64,000 nucleotides of DNA from Deltaproteobacteria bacterium (GTDB lineage: Bacteria; Bdellovibrionota_C; UBA2361; J135): the NCBI GenBank assembly GCA_020635175.1, contig JACKAH010000004.1, positions 51,995 to 115,994 on the forward strand, read 5' to 3'. The notes under the pieces were generated by a model. It made no database searches. It was given only the letters and a program-made list of their open reading frames with translations, and was not told where the DNA came from. Every line of letters begins with the position of its first letter. The first letter of the stretch is position 1. Made by a program: the position numbers and the translations under genes. Positions 61,920 to 64,000 of the stretch are shown in pieces.

Positions 61920-62112
61920 TATTAAACTCTGTTTTAGCTCTAAATATAGCTAAGGGCTTAAAAGCAATCGAAGATTATCTCACAATGATTGCAACAGCTT
62001 ACAAAATCTGAAAGCTCCCTTTCATTTATCTGATTCCTTCTTATCATATCGCCATCTATAAAGATAACAGTCTAATTATATTACTGAAGTCTCAGCGCAA
62101 AGCGGCAGATAT

Positions 62113-63543
62113 ATGTCAAAACAAGAAAACGGAACAACGCACCAGTACGACTACGATCTATTAGTTATCGGATGTGGCCCTGCAGGCCAACGCTCAGCAG
62201 TGCAAGCAGCAAAGATTAGAAAGAAAGTTGCAATCATTGATGCCCGCGAAGTTGTAGGTGGTGTTTGTGTAAACCTAGGAACAATTCCAAGTAAATCATT
62301 TAGAGAAGCGGTCCTCTTTTTATCAGGCTTTAGACAAAGAAATATTTATGGCTCTGCCTATAGAGTAAAATCTTCTATCTCAATGGACGATCTAAACTTT
62401 CGATGCAATTACATCATGCAAACTGAGATCGACACAATCGATGCACAGCTTGCACGAAATAGAGTAGAGGTCCTGCATGGAACTGCAATTTTTAAAGATA
62501 GCCATACTCTTGAGATCAGAAGCTCAAAAGGTGTTGAAATCAAAACTGCCGAGAAGTTTGTAATTGCAGTTGGAGCAAGACCCCATAGACCAAAAGAGAT
62601 TGAATTTGACGGAAAGACTATCTTTGACAGTGATGATCTACTAACCATGAAAGAGGTCCCACGCACTATGACTGTAGTCGGTGGTGGAGTAATCGGTATC
62701 GAGTATGCATCAATGTTTGCTGCTCTTGGATGCGCGGTTACAGTAATAGATGGTCGTGATAAGTTATTAGAGTTTATTGATCATGAGATAATTGATTCCC
62801 TAATTTACAGAATGCGCAGCACAGGAGTGCAGATAAAATTAGGAGAGACTGTTAAAACATGTGCGAGACGCGAAGATAACCAAGTTGTAACCACTCTTAA
62901 CAGCGGAAAAGTCATAGTTTCTGATGTAGTCTTATTCTCTGCTGGTAGAGAAAGTGCTACTGCAAATCTAGGCCTTGAGCATGTAGGCATCGAGCTTGGT
63001 CCAAGAGGTAAGCTGATAGTTGATCAAAACTATAAGACAACCGCAGATAATATTTATGCTGCTGGAGATGTAATTGGATTCCCTGCATTAGCTTCTACTT
63101 CCGCAGAACAAGGCAGACAAGCAACTTGCCATGCTTACGGAATTGAAACAGCAAACGGCGCCATCCCATTGCCATACGGAATATATTCTATTCCAGAGAT
63201 AGCGATGGTCGGTCAAAACGAGCGTGAGCTTACTCAAAAAGAAACTCCTTACGAGATCGGAATCGCCCGCTATAGCGAAAACACTCGTGGAGATATCGTA
63301 GGCGACAGAGAAGGAATGCTTAAGATAATCTTTCATCGTGAAACAGGAAAACTTTTAGGAACTCACATCATCGGCGAGGGAGCAACTGAGCTAATCCACT
63401 TAGGTCAATCTGTCATAGCTTTTGGTGGTGGATTAGATTACCTAATGCAAGCGGTCTTTAACTACCCTACTCTAACTAGCTGCTACAAAACTGCTGCTCT
63501 AGATGGATACAATAAGCTTAGAGCCCAAGGCGTAAAGATCTAA
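62113..63543 (+). CDS. sthA: Soluble pyridine nucleotide transhydrogenase (SthA-type flavoprotein)
   Basis: FAD motif DLLVIGCGPAGQ. GGVCVNLGTIPSK has Thr in place of the second redox Cys of dihydrolipoamide dehydrogenases, as in SthA. NAD motif VVGGGVIGIEYA. Confidence 0.7.
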   Translation: MSKQENGTTHQYDYDLLVIGCGPAGQRSAVQAAKIRKKVAIIDAREVVGGVCVNLGTIPSKSFREAVLFLSGFRQRNIYGSAYRVKSSISMDDLNFRCNYIMQTEIDTIDAQLARNRVEVLHGTAIFKDSHTLEIRSSKGVEIKTAEKFVIAVGARPHRPKEIEFDGKTIFDSDDLLTMKEVPRTMTVVGGGVIGIEYASMFAALGCAVTVIDGRDKLLEFIDHEIIDSLIYRMRSTGVQIKLGETVKTCARREDNQVVTTLNSGKVIVSDVVLFSAGRESATANLGLEHVGIELGPRGKLIVDQNYKTTADNIYAAGDVIGFPALASTSAEQGRQATCHAYGIETANGAIPLPYGIYSIPEIAMVGQNERELTQKETPYEIGIARYSENTRGDIVGDREGMLKIIFHRETGKLLGTHIIGEGATELIHLGQSVIAFGGGLDYLMQAVFNYPTLTSCYKTAALDGYNKLRAQGVKI

Positions 63544-63682
63544 GCACCGAGCTCTGAAAAAATCTTTTTTGCCTAAGATACTTAGCATTTTTACGCAAAT
63601 AAATTAGCCGTTCTGTGCTGATTTGTGCTATACCAGCGCCCAGTTAAAATTGTTTTAGACACAATCGACAAACAGGAAAGAT

Positions 63683-64000
63683 ATGCGTATTACCAAAATC
63701 CTTTTAATCCTTATTGCTTCAATTATATCTCTTACGAGCTCAAGCTTTGCTGCGCCCGAGAAGGATAAAGTTATCATTGTACTTGATGCTTCTGGAAGCA
63801 TGTGGGGTCAGATCAAAAAAGAACCTAAGATATCTATCGCTCGTAACGTGATCAAAGACTTAGTTCACGACTGGGATCAGAATGTCGAACTTGGACTAAC
63901 GGTTTACGGACACAGAAGAAAGGGGGACTGCAATGATATTGAATCAATGGTTCCAGTCTCAGACGTTAAACCTGGTGAGATAGAAAGCAAAGTAAACAAG
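63683..64000 (+). CDS. Secreted von Willebrand factor A domain protein (N-terminal 106 codons; continues beyond the window)
   Basis: ATG 63683 with AGGAAAG upstream. Signal peptide MRITKILLILIASIISLTSSSFA/AP. MIDAS-type VIIVLDASGSMWG. Confidence 0.7.
   Translation, partial: MRITKILLILIASIISLTSSSFAAPEKDKVIIVLDASGSMWGQIKKEPKISIARNVIKDLVHDWDQNVELGLTVYGHRRKGDCNDIESMVPVSDVKPGEIESKVNK

Noticed and set aside
1-64000. Looked for rRNA, tRNA, tmRNA and RNase P signatures, CRISPR repeat arrays, IS elements or transposases, integrases, and phage genes.
   Set aside because: None recognised by eye in any intergenic region or ORF. A model-based scan (tRNA and ncRNA covariance models, a CRISPR finder) would be needed for certainty.

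Overview
This is a chromosomal window from a diderm (Gram-negative) bacterium, roughly 40% GC by eye. The lineage cannot be fixed from sequence alone. Alternative complex III, a TamB/Omp85 protein, FadL and a sigma-54-type flagellar promoter fit a proteobacterium-like or Bdellovibrionota-like organism, but that is inference only. I count about 60 protein genes and saw no rRNA, tRNA, CRISPR array, transposase or integrase. All family calls were made by eye from motifs; no searches were run.

Housekeeping blocks:
- hutU (runs off the window start)
- a lone 2-oxo-acid dehydrogenase E2 gene followed by lipA
- glyA-nrdR-ribE-ribBA-ribH-nusB
- rpmF-plsX-fabG-acpP
- a complete alternative complex III operon, actABCDEF
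- an acyl-CoA synthetase and a FadL-type porin
- an isolated flgE behind a sigma-54-type promoter
- moeB, sthA, and a partial secreted vWA protein at the window end

The outstanding region is 32.4-52.2 kb: 20 consecutive minus-strand genes. They form two diverged copies of a Tad/Flp-type pilin and pseudopilin set (Flp-like, two TadE-like, and one ~970-aa TadG-like protein with a split vWA domain), with no Tad machinery genes in the window. Interleaved with them are ten signal-peptide proteins that fall into three families I do not recognise. I label these L, M and D; they occur as repeated L-M-D triplets. Every L gene is preceded by the same bipartite 57-nt cis element. A HicAB toxin-antitoxin pair sits at the junction of the two copies. 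This looks like an undescribed filament-associated or secreted-protein system.

A second unusual item is a single 1898-aa ORF that fuses a TamB-like protein to a POTRA/Omp85 outer-membrane barrel.
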